A DNA stretch of 64,000 bases from Lepidodermella squamata (Eukaryota > Animalia > Gastrotricha), in the NCBI GenBank assembly GCA_047495785.1, contig JBLDXI010000015.1, forward strand, positions 1,860,001-1,924,000. The letters are read 5' to 3'. A program made the position numbers and the translations under genes. The number at the start of each line of letters is the position of its first letter. Positions within the stretch are counted from its first letter, which is position 1. Below are positions 48,973 through 58,316 of this stretch, in pieces. Under the pieces are notes generated by a model, which was not told where the DNA came from, searched no databases, and saw nothing but the letters and a program-made list of their open reading frames with translations.

Positions 48973-49619
48973 GGCCCAACACCGAATTAGGCAACATAAG
49001 TATAGCGAAAATTGTTAAGAAGCGAGATAAGCTTTATTTCTTAAAATAAAAATACTACGCTTTATTCAAGATATGCGTGAAGATAAGAAACTCCAGGAAG
49101 TATAAGCAATCTTAGGTGGCACCGAATGCAGAAACGCTTTTCCTCATGACTCATGACTGCATTCTTCTTCGGTTTTGTCGGAACCTTGGTTCATACGGTA
49201 AATCGTACAGGGAGCGTGTTTCTGTATAACGTAAAATCGAAGATTGCGTTCCTCATTTGTATCGGCTAAAAAATCTGAGCTGCGCAGCTGAAGAGTGCAA
49301 GAAAAAGTGACCATTCATAATAGGGAAATTCAATAATAAAAAATCCACCCTAAATTTCTCGCATCGTGTATTTTAGCCTCAATCATAGGATAATTTCATG
49401 TCCCCGTGATAAGCAGTAGGAAGGGAGAACACTCTGCGCCGGCTTCTTCTTCATCAAGAACTTCAAGGGCTATACCGGCCATATACCATAACATGTTCTA
49501 TAATGAACAATTTGTTCTTGCTTTGCGTGTTTGGCTATCATTAATTCTTACCCAAAACGAGATCATTAGTGAGTCTGCAACTACCTGTGGTCATTTCATT
49601 TTTTCTGCACTTCCTCGCT

Positions 49620-50993
49620 ATGAAAAACTCTAATGAACTAACTAATTTCATCGTTACTTTTTTCATTTTATTTGCTGCAGTAGCTTTGTCACTTTTTCTT
49701 TTTCACTACAACTTCAATGTCAGTATTATCGGCGAACGGGAGAAGAGCAGATTCGTAAATGATGATCTTATCAAAAAGCATGATAACCAGACCAAAATCA
49801 AACCAAAAACGCGAGCCCGGCAACAATACCCCTTCGAATTCTGCTCTAATCCTGACAGAAGTATTTTCGAGATAAAGCCTGAGTGCGGAAGAGCCTTAAC
49901 CCCAAGGAACATCCCACCAGCCTTCACGAAGGATCAACTTCTAGACTTTCGAAAAGTTGTTCTCATCGTTTCTTTCAACAATCCCCACTTTGAAGCGATA
50001 CCTAAAGTGAGGTCACTCTACCGAGGCATTTTCAAGAGAATCATCTACTGCGTCACAAATATTACTGCATTGAAACACTACCGCGATGGAAGCTACATGC
50101 GATTCGTTAACAGAACAATAATTGAATTCTCCCCGGAAGTCACGGAGCCAACTGGAGCGCTGTTCTATGCCTGCATACCCCTTGTTCTCGACTTACTGGC
50201 TGATATCAGAAGGATGGTGACCGGGAATCAAGTTGCAGGATTCCTTCACATTTCAGATGACCTGATACCCAATTTATGGTCCTTCACACCTAACAGGTTT
50301 TCGCTGAACTCAAACTGGCTCCCAGGGCCTATTCAGGAGGTTTACGATATCGACAACGCTAGGATTTGCGACGGCTACACCTCGAATAACTCGGTAGACT
50401 GCTTGCGTGAGACCAACTGGGATGTTATGCAGTCTTATCAACTGCAATTGATCGGGGCTTTTGACCAAATCGCTGCGACTTATCCTGACTTTGCCGAGAG
50501 TCTCACGCACGTCCCTTATGGCAAGTTTTAATGTGGCTCATCTATCTCTAACTTGGAAATTTTCTTTCCAGGTGGGCCCCGTCGAGTTTGGAATGTATAC
50601 GCTGATATCTTTTACATTACCCGTGAAGACTTGTTTGCCGCTGGTGAAATATTTCGCATCTTCGAGTCTCAAAAGGTATACATGGAGATGGTTGTTGGCA
50701 CAGTAGTTCAAGGCGTTTCCTACCATGCGGCACAGCGCAGAAACATTAGCTACGACGAACGCCTCCAATTTTTTGATAGATATGGTCAAATTTATGGTGG
50801 CGAAAGGGATCGAGCTTTGACAGACACTTATCGGCCGTACTACGCTTTTTATCATCCGTTGAAGATGGGACATATTGCGAACGCATCTACGGATCAACAA
50901 TGCTTGTACTGCATGATGCTGGGAAATTTTAAGAAGATCAGAAATTTCATGAACGCGAAACATCGTTCAAAACTTGGCTGGAAATTGATGTAA
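49620..50993 (+). CDS. STELLO/DUF288-like putative glycosyltransferase, copy 5 (inverted; intron about 50521-50571)
   Basis: VLIVSFNNPHFEAI, GFLHISDDLIPNLW, YADIFYI, YMEMVVGT, YHPLK. Confidence 0.75.
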
Positions 50994-51139
50994 TTATTTT
51001 ATGGAAAGAATTTTTGAATTGATGAAAAGTTACGAAGCCCTTTTATGTCCCGAGAAGTTACGAATGTTTTAATTGAGTGCTGTTCTAAAATACTATAGCA
51101 TCGAATATTGCGATGGAATTCGGATGCGTGCGCATAAGC

Positions 51140-51213
51140 GCCTCCTTGGCTCAGTTGGCTAGAGCGCCAGTCTCATAATCTGGAGGTCGTGAGTTCGATC
51201 CTCACAGGGGGCA
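51140..51213 (+). tRNA. tRNA-Met(CAT), elongator type
   Basis: Full cloverleaf, anticodon loop CT-CAT-AA, GTTCGATCC T arm. Confidence 0.9.
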
Positions 51214-51289
51214 GCTTCAACTTTTTGGATGCAAGATATTTCGAATTCGAGGATACCAGGAAGAAAGTTTAAGTAAAACTTTTATATCC

Positions 51290-51356
51290 TCCATGATGGT
51301 CTAGTGGTTAGGATTCCGCGTTCTCACCGCGGCGGGTTCGATTCCCGGTCAGGGAA
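51290..51356 (+). pseudogene. tRNA-Glu(CTC) pseudogene
   Basis: Matches the intact Glu at 57584 but has a 5-nt deletion across the variable loop and T stem. Confidence 0.75.
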
Positions 51357-51426
51357 CAATGTGTTTCTCCGAAAATGGGGATTAACTTAATTACATAACC
51401 GCACTCGGCACCCATGCAATCATCCA

Positions 51427-51499
51427 GGTTCCGTAGTGTAGTGGTTATCACGTCTCCTTCACACGGAGAAGGTCGCGGGTTCGAACCCCGCCGGAACCT
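51427..51499 (+). tRNA. tRNA-Val(CAC)
   Basis: GGTTCCG/CGGAACC acceptor stem, TCTCC-TTCACAC-GGAGA anticodon arm. Confidence 0.9.
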
Positions 51500-51572
51500 C
51501 GTCAAACATTTTTCCAACTTCGATAAGGTTCCGTTGCTATTAAAAGAGGACCCATGTCTCCTGAAATCATGT

Positions 51573-51644
51573 GGGGATGTAGCTCAGTGGTAGAGCGCTT
51601 GCTTTGCATGTAAGATGTCCCGGGTTCAAACCCCGGCATCTCCA
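51573..51644 (+). tRNA. tRNA-Ala(TGC)
   Basis: GGGGATG/CATCTCC stem with G3:U70, anticodon TGC, oligo-T terminator. Confidence 0.92.
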
Positions 51645-51807
51645 ATTTTTGTTTCCAAAGTGGTACCTATAATAGTTGAACGATAAACCAACTTGACTTG
51701 AATTTTGCAAGTTTATTCGGAGAATTTGTTGAGAGTTTATTGGTAAAGGCTTTGCGATCGTTTGGAGCTGTTCATAACTTGGTCAGCTGTCATCCAAAAA
51801 AGATTAT

Positions 51808-51889
51808 CGCTGCCAGTAGGATTTGAACCTACGCGCGGAGACCGCATCTGATTTCAAGTCAGACCCCTTAACCACTCGGGCATAGCAGC
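51808..51889 (-). tRNA. tRNA-Ser(TGA)
   Basis: Reverse complement GCTGCTATGCCCGAGTGGTTAAGG..TCTGA-CTTGAAA-TCAGA, long variable arm, G73. Confidence 0.9.
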
Positions 51890-52026
51890 TGGATCGATTT
51901 TCATGTGGGCAACTTGCCTCAGTAAGAAGGTGTACGTCCCGACACTGTTCAAGCATCGCCAACTCTTTCGAGGTTCGCATTCGGTCGAATTAATAAAAGG
52001 CATGGCTACTGTGAAGTTCATTAACT

Positions 52027-52098
52027 GGCCCAGTGGCCTAATGGTAAGGCGTCGGCCTCCGGAGCCGGAGATTGTGGGTTCGAGTCCCATCTGGGTCG
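52027..52098 (+). tRNA. tRNA-Arg(CCG)
   Basis: GGCCCAGTGGCCTAATGG, anticodon loop CT-CCG-GA. Confidence 0.9.
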
Positions 52099-52169
52099 CT
52101 ACTTTTTTCGCCCACGTCAAAGAAACTCGATTCAGCAGCAAAAATTGACAGAAAGGTCATCAATCAGCC

Positions 52170-52241
52170 GGCTCAGTAGCTTAGTGGTAGAGCATCTGTC
52201 TTGTAAACAGAAGGTCACGGGTTCGATCCCCGTCTGGGCCT
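52170..52241 (+). tRNA. tRNA-Thr(TGT)
   Basis: TCTGT-CTTGTAA-ACAGA anticodon arm, complete cloverleaf. Confidence 0.9.
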
Positions 52242-52290
52242 CGGCTCTCTTTTTCCCCTAACATCAACCATTAGATACTCAAATAGTAAA

Positions 52291-52344
52291 TAGAGCGCCA
52301 CTCTCATAATCTGGAGGTCGTGAGTTCGATCCTCACAGGGGGCA
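52291..52344 (+). pseudogene. 5'-truncated tRNA-Met fragment
   Basis: Near-identical to the 3' 54 nt of the Met at 51140; acceptor 5' strand and A box missing. Confidence 0.75.
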
Positions 52345-52413
52345 GCTTCAACTTTTTGACAGTTTTAGGATCCTGATTCGTAACGAAGGTCACATCCCAA
52401 TGAGAGCCGATCC

Positions 52414-52464
52414 TCCCTGCTGGTCCAGTGGTTAGGATTCCGCGTTCGATTCCCGGTCAGTGAA
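52414..52464 (+). pseudogene. tRNA-Glu pseudogene with anticodon arm deleted
   Basis: Glu 5' and 3' ends joined with about 21 nt missing. Confidence 0.75.
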
Positions 52465-52632
52465 CAATTTTTCTCTCCTTCATTTCCGAAACGCCTGTTG
52501 ATTATATACGTACTGTGTTGTGGCTTCTCTTCATCATAGTAATCAGCCAGTAGCCGGTCAGGGTACGGTTTTTCTCCTATATTTATTGCAACTTTGCATA
52601 ATGACCGTAGTAAAGGACATCGTAGTTAACCA

Positions 52633-52705
52633 GGTTCCGTAGTGTAGTGGTTATCACGTCTCCTTCACACGGAGAAGGTCGCGGGTTCGAACCCCGCCGG
52701 AACCT
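52633..52705 (+). tRNA. tRNA-Val(CAC)
   Basis: Identical to 51427-51499. Confidence 0.9.
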
Positions 52706-52777
52706 CGTCAAACATTTTTCCAACTTCACAAAGGTTACATTGCCATTAAAAAAGGATAAAGTTCCTTGAGATCACAT

Positions 52778-52849
52778 GGGGATGTAGCTCAGTGGTAGAG
52801 CGCTTGCTTTGCATGTAAGATGTCCCGGGTTCAAACCCCGGCATCTCCA
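52778..52849 (+). tRNA. tRNA-Ala(TGC)
   Basis: Identical to 51573-51644. Confidence 0.92.
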
Positions 52850-53702
52850 ATTTTTGCCAACAATTCGAAAAATAATTAGGCACGATTTTTACTCAACGTA
52901 GAGAGTTGACGTAAAATCGTGACATGTAATGCTGATTAAATTTGAATTTAAAATCTGCTAATGTCGCCTGTAATCTTTTACATCCGAAGCCTAAAACATT
53001 ACATTCATTTGGCAACCCCTCTAAAACAAGGCGTGACAATGTAACTTCACCATGCATGTCCAATATTTATTAGGTCCGCAATCAACTCAATTGAACCGCT
53101 TCATTTTAGATTAATTAACCGACATATCAGTGAGCTGCTTGATTAAAGTGCCGCTGATATTTTATCTTCACTTTTCGTGTCATCAAAAGCTTTCAAGAAA
53201 ATACATTCAGGATTAGTAGTTATTATCCAAGCGACGGTTAATTTATTTGATGCAGGATACTCGATCGTCGTTTTTCAAAGGACACACTCCTGTGCGATTG
53301 CAAAATTTGACCCGCACCGAGCTGCCCGGCGGCAATAAGTTAACGGACCGAAACGCTACCGCATTAACGTAAGATTAAAAACAGAACTTCACCGCGTAAA
53401 AGCATTTTTTCTGCGAGCAGTGTAAGTAAGACACATACTTTGAATACAGCCCACTCGGCTGAATAGTCTCAAATTTCTTTTAGAAACCCAATTTATTTGA
53501 TAGCAATCCGTCATCGCAGGATCTGACAAATAGCGTTGATGTATAGGTTCGAATCAATCTGGATTAATAACGGACAACTAGACTTCTTTACTACAGAACT
53601 CTAATTTTGTCTAAAAGGATATTAAAATTGAGGCTTTTCAATTTACAAGTCGAACCTGAACATTAATCGCATTTCATCACCCGATTTCAACTTGAAAATA
53701 CG

Positions 53703-55964
53703 ATGTTTCTTCACATTTTGCTAGCAATCAGTTTGGCTGCAGTCTTCAGAGGGCCAACAACGTTCTCAGCGGCTCCGGATTTCTTCAACGCGCCACCAAA
53801 AAATGCTACAAAAACTCTCATCATTCCGCATTTGCTCGTTATCCCAACAAAAAACGCCTGTAACATAACATCTTACATGTTAGCCGATCATGTCAACTCG
53901 AGGCGTGACTTTTTACCGAATTATCTCGTCAAATTTGTCCCTGCCCACAACCGAGCCGCCAATCAACAACTGATTCAGATAATGGAAAGGACTAGCTATC
54001 CAAACAACACCTACATTGCTCCGATCATTACAGGGCCTGATGCAACCTGTGAAGAAGTTGCTAGAACGCTTCGGGGTATGCAGACCATCCTATACTCGCC
54101 AACATGCGGCGGCCCGCTTCTAGTCTCACGCCGGGCTGTCGATTTCAACAACATGTTCTCCACATCCTCCCCAACCGAACGCTACATCTACGCCGGTTTA
54201 GAGGTAATGAAAAACATTGGAAAATGGAAGGAGGTCGCGATAGTCTACAGCACGGTTAGCCAGAATTCCGCGGTCTTAGCCAGATCCTATCTCGACCTGT
54301 TCGACGCTAATGGCATCACCGTGAAACAGTTCATATACGCCTTCAACATGCTTGATATAACAACCCAGGAATGGACAGCTTTGCGTGATACTGTTCGCAT
54401 TATAGCTACAATCCTTCCAGGCAATGAAGATTGCCGTAAATTTCTTTGCCTAGCTTGGCTATATGGCATCAGACCTCCACGCTACGCTTTCGTTATATGG
54501 AACACGCCATGCCTGACTACATCCATCGATCCTACAACACCGCCCGTCTATCCGTGGTGTGATCAGGCCATTTTCGATAAGCAGCTTGAAGGTTCCTTCT
54601 CTATTGGAATTTCGGTTAATAGCAGCAAAGCGCAAACTTCTTTCGGTTACTACGGGACGGATCTTGATGCTGAACTGATTCGCAGGTCGAACAATAACAC
54701 CTATGAAGATTATTTCCAGCGTAACGTCTGCCACGACTCCCTGATGGCGACTTTGGTCACGCTTGACGATGCTGAGAAAACGCTGAACGCAAAGTATTCG
54801 CTGACATTGAGCGATTTTGCCGATCCGCGTTACCGCAAACTGGTGAACGTTGTCGTTAACACATCGGCTGGTTTGATTGATTACGTTGGTCTCCGAACTG
54901 GTAGAACTGTCAAGGACGTAAACGGCTTCGGAAATGAAAATATGCTGATTCTTCAAGCTCAGGGCAGGTTCGAGAGGCTTGTAGTCGAGATTCAATACTT
55001 CAACAAAACGGCGCCAAAGGTCTACGAAGCTAAATATTGGAACACCCCGTATTGGCCGGCTGGTAAGCCTGCGAAAGATCTTACTCACATTGAATCCCGC
55101 CTGCAATACTGCGGCGCTGGAATTTATGGTCCAGTAATAGGCCTGGCCTCCGCCATTTCAATTTTTCAAATCGCCCTCCTCACGAAATCCAACAGCGAGT
55201 TATTTTTCGGACAATTGAAAAAGCTGGTCGTCCTTTTGTGTTGTCTGGTTCTGAACGTTTCAGCTGTTTTCCTCATCATTGGCCGCGATTTTGCGATGGA
55301 AATCGAGTGTAAAATAATGCCGTTTCTCACTGTCATAGGCCTATCGCCGCTACATGGGCTCATCTTCTCGCAAATGTTAGCTTATAGCGAGCTAATCGAA
55401 CTTGAAAAGAAACCTGCCATACCTGGGCAAAATGGTCTCCATGCCAAAAAGATTGTTGTCCTCAAAAGCGATCCTGCCGAAATCAAAAAGCGAATTGCCC
55501 TCATATGGCTCGGTTCTATTCTGCCCAGCTTGATCATCCTTGCCGTTTGGCTGTTCTTCGACCCGTTGAAACTTTACTTCGTTAAGGGTCCGCTGTCCTT
55601 CGATGAATTAGAGGATACCTATTACACAGACGATGTGATCGCGTGCAAATCGTCCGAGTTGTCTCTCGTTTGGTATGTCATCCTGCTGGTTATTCATTTT
55701 CTGCAACTGCTGCTAGCGAATTTATTCTCCTTCAGCATCAATCGGCGAAGAATGCCTGGCAAATTTGCTTTTTCGGTGAAAATTATCCGTCTGGCGGCGA
55801 TTTTCGCCCTAACCTTCGCAGCTGGCAGTGTTTTAGCTGTGATCGTCGTTACAAACGAGCCGACGCCTTGCATTGACAAGGCCATGGTTGCATTTTGCGA
55901 GCTTATCTACTCGGCTATCATTGCCCCAGTTCTGTTATTCCCTACCAAAACGCGCAGAAACTAA
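53703..55964 (+). CDS. Class C GPCR (GABA-B-like: Venus flytrap domain plus 7TM), intronless, divergent
   Basis: Signal peptide, periplasmic-binding-like domain (ITGP, WKEVAIVY, RKFLCLAWLYG), WPAGKPAKD linker without a Cys-rich domain, seven hydrophobic segments including WLFFDPL and C.S in ECL2. Confidence 0.78.
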   Translation: MFLHILLAISLAAVFRGPTTFSAAPDFFNAPPKNATKTLIIPHLLVIPTKNACNITSYMLADHVNSRRDFLPNYLVKFVPAHNRAANQQLIQIMERTSYPNNTYIAPIITGPDATCEEVARTLRGMQTILYSPTCGGPLLVSRRAVDFNNMFSTSSPTERYIYAGLEVMKNIGKWKEVAIVYSTVSQNSAVLARSYLDLFDANGITVKQFIYAFNMLDITTQEWTALRDTVRIIATILPGNEDCRKFLCLAWLYGIRPPRYAFVIWNTPCLTTSIDPTTPPVYPWCDQAIFDKQLEGSFSIGISVNSSKAQTSFGYYGTDLDAELIRRSNNNTYEDYFQRNVCHDSLMATLVTLDDAEKTLNAKYSLTLSDFADPRYRKLVNVVVNTSAGLIDYVGLRTGRTVKDVNGFGNENMLILQAQGRFERLVVEIQYFNKTAPKVYEAKYWNTPYWPAGKPAKDLTHIESRLQYCGAGIYGPVIGLASAISIFQIALLTKSNSELFFGQLKKLVVLLCCLVLNVSAVFLIIGRDFAMEIECKIMPFLTVIGLSPLHGLIFSQMLAYSELIELEKKPAIPGQNGLHAKKIVVLKSDPAEIKKRIALIWLGSILPSLIILAVWLFFDPLKLYFVKGPLSFDELEDTYYTDDVIACKSSELSLVWYVILLVIHFLQLLLANLFSFSINRRRMPGKFAFSVKIIRLAAIFALTFAAGSVLAVIVVTNEPTPCIDKAMVAFCELIYSAIIAPVLLFPTKTRRN

Positions 55965-56346
55965 AAGGGTTGAACAGTTTGCAGTATCGAATAAGATCGG
56001 ACAAAATCAAGGAATTAGAATTTGACTTTATTTCTACATATTTTTCCGTTCTTTCTCTATGGTTCGAATATACTTCTTGCCCTCAATTATTAAGAAAAAA
56101 ACTGTTTTTTAAACTGTTTTCCCATGGTTTTCATAAGTTAGAATTTAGAAACAAATATTAGAAGAGCTCGTATAATCATAGATCAGGATGTATGTATAAT
56201 AGTAATTTTCGACAGAAAGTTTGGATAATGTGACATCACTCGCACACTATGATATCACTCCAGGTTCCGTTCCAGTTCCAGTTTCATCCTCATATTTTCG
56301 ACGATAATGCCAGATAAAATGAGGCCATCACACTCGAAGTCACTCA

Positions 56347-56419
56347 GGTTCCGTAGTGTAGTGGTTATCACGTCTCCTTCACACGGAGAAGGTCGCGGGT
56401 TCGAACCCCGCCGGAACCT
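56347..56419 (+). tRNA. tRNA-Val(CAC)
   Basis: Identical to 51427-51499. Confidence 0.9.
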
Positions 56420-56491
56420 CGTCGAACCTTTTTCCAACTTCAAAAAGGTTCCATTGCCATTAAAGAGGATTTAGTTCTCCTGAAATCATCT

Positions 56492-56563
56492 GGGGATGTA
56501 GCTCAGTGGTAGAGCGCTTGCTTTGCATGTAAGATGTCCGGGGTTCAAACCCCGGCATCTCCA
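56492..56563 (+). tRNA. tRNA-Ala(TGC)
   Basis: One substitution in the T stem relative to 51573. Confidence 0.85.
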
Positions 56564-56724
56564 ATTTTTGTTTCCAAATTGGTACCTAATAGTTGAACAA
56601 TAAACCAACTTAACTTGAATTTTGCAAGTTTATTCGGAGAATTTGTTGAGAGTTTATTGGTAAAGGCTTTGCGATCGTTTGGAGCTGTTCATAACTTGGT
56701 CAGCTGTCATCCAAAAAAGATTAT

Positions 56725-56806
56725 CGCTGCCAGTAGGATTTGAACCTGCGCGCGGAGACCGCATCTGATTTCAAGTCAGACCCCTTAACCACTCGGGCAT
56801 AGCAGC
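56725..56806 (-). tRNA. tRNA-Ser(TGA)
   Basis: Copy of 51808-51889 with one T-stem mismatch. Confidence 0.85.
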
Positions 56807-57145
56807 TTGGTTGTTATCAATCGTTATTTCGAAGTCAAGCATTTTCGATGATAAATTCTACGCAAAAATGCTACATTCTTCCATGGGCGATAATAATTGC
56901 AATCATCATATGTAAAACATGAGCCCATATCGGTATTTTCTTGCTGGAGATAGCTGGAATTTCAAACCGAAGCTGGACATAGCTGGAAATTCGGTTCAGA
57001 ATGAGAAACATGAAATGAGTGTTAAGGCCGAGCCTTGGCCGCGACCTCTGAATTCTGTACCACGAGTCTTCGGGTAATAAACAGTCTCATCAATCATCAA
57101 ACGAAAACCGTTGTAAATTACTCATTTATTGACGCTCTTCAACCC

Positions 57146-57217
57146 GGCCTAGTGGCCTAATGGTAAGGCGTCGGCCTCCGGAGCCGGAGATTGTGGGTTC
57201 GAGTCCCATCTGGGTCG
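57146..57217 (+). tRNA. tRNA-Arg(CCG)
   Basis: Copy of 52027-52098. Confidence 0.88.
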
Positions 57218-57286
57218 CTAATTTTTATGTCCACATGAACATACTGGCACTTCTTCCAAAATCATCGATTAGCTCAGCTATCAGCC

Positions 57287-57358
57287 GGCTTAGTAGCTTA
57301 GTGGTAGAGCATCTGTCTTGTAAACAGAAGGTCACGGGTTCGATCCCCGTCTGGGCCT
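57287..57358 (+). tRNA. tRNA-Thr(TGT)
   Basis: Copy of 52170-52241. Confidence 0.88.
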
Positions 57359-57437
57359 CGGCACCTCTTTTTCCCCAGCTTTGATGAATCGATAGTTCAA
57401 TTACGAAGTCAGATTAGGACCCAGAGTGACCACAAGC

Positions 57438-57511
57438 GCCTCCTTGGCTCAGTTGGCTAGAGCGCCAGTCTCATAATCTGGAGGTCGTGAGTTCGATCCT
57501 CACAGGGGGCA
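57438..57511 (+). tRNA. tRNA-Met(CAT), elongator type
   Basis: Identical to 51140-51213. Confidence 0.9.
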
Positions 57512-57583
57512 GCTTCAACTTTTTGATATTGGGAACCCAAATCCTAACGAAGGTCACAACCCAATTAGGTTCCATCTTCATCC

Positions 57584-57655
57584 TCCCTGATGGTCTAGTG
57601 GTTAGGATTCCGCGCTTTCACCGCGGCGGCCCGGGTTCGATTCCCGGTCAGGGAA
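57584..57655 (+). tRNA. tRNA-Glu(TTC)
   Basis: TCCCTGA/TCAGGGA stem, CCGCG-CTTTCAC-CGCGG, followed by TTTTT. Confidence 0.92.
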
Positions 57656-57719
57656 TTTTTGCTATGGCTTGGATCCAGGTTTTTGCTGATTGTTTAGGCC
57701 CAGAGCTACTTATCATACA

Positions 57720-57792
57720 GATTCCGTAGTGTAGTGGTTATCACGTCTCCTTCACACAGAGAAGGTCACGGGTTCGAACCCCGCCGGAACCT
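57720..57792 (+). pseudogene. Degenerate tRNA-Val(CAC)
   Basis: Three substitutions disrupting the acceptor, anticodon and T stems. Confidence 0.65.
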
Positions 57793-57854
57793 CGTCCAGC
57801 ATTTTTCCAATTTTGTTTGCCTTGGGGTATCCGCTATATGTTAAATGTGTTAAA

Positions 57855-57916
57855 CTCAGTGGTAGAGCGCTTGCTTTGCATGTAAGATGTCCCGGGTTCA
57901 AACCCCGGCATCTCCA
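57855..57916 (+). pseudogene. 5'-degenerate tRNA-Ala(TGC)
   Basis: 3' 62 nt match Ala; the GGGGATGTAG 5' end is lost. Confidence 0.7.
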
Positions 57917-57981
57917 ATTTTTCCAACCAAGAGAGTGATAGGGAATTTCCATCTTCAAAGCTCTTCTATGTAATATCAACA

Positions 57982-58055
57982 GGTTCCGTTGTGTAGTGGT
58001 TCATCACGTCTGCTTTACACGCAGAAGGTCGCGGGTTCGAACCCCGCCGGAACCT
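57982..58055 (+). tRNA. tRNA-Val(TAC)
   Basis: TCTGC-TTTACAC-GCAGA anticodon arm, Val-type body. Confidence 0.85.
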
Positions 58056-58316
58056 TGTTTTTCCTACGATCATTGTAGCAACAAAGCCCTTGCAGCGTAA
58101 TTCTTAAAAAAGACTAGTGATTGTTCTGTTCTTCAAAATTTATTTTTAGCTTCAATAAATAGCATCGTTTTTAATTAAAAAAAATCGGTAAAATGATAAA
58201 GTAATAATAATAATAATAATATCAATTTCAGCGAGTGAAGCCTCGTCTAACAAAAAGACTGTCTACGATCGAAGAAAGAAAGAGAGATTGCATGATTATT
58301 CACAAAAAAAGAACAA

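Noticed and set aside
51808-51889. Possible selenocysteine or suppressor tRNA
   Set aside because: The anticodon reads TGA (decodes UCA, Ser), not TCA; normal 7-bp acceptor stem
51308-57979. Short ORFs overlapping the tRNA cluster, and a CRISPR-like reading of the repeats
   Set aside because: The ORFs are translations of tRNA genes; the repeats are tRNAs with homologous spacers in a eukaryotic context with no cas genes
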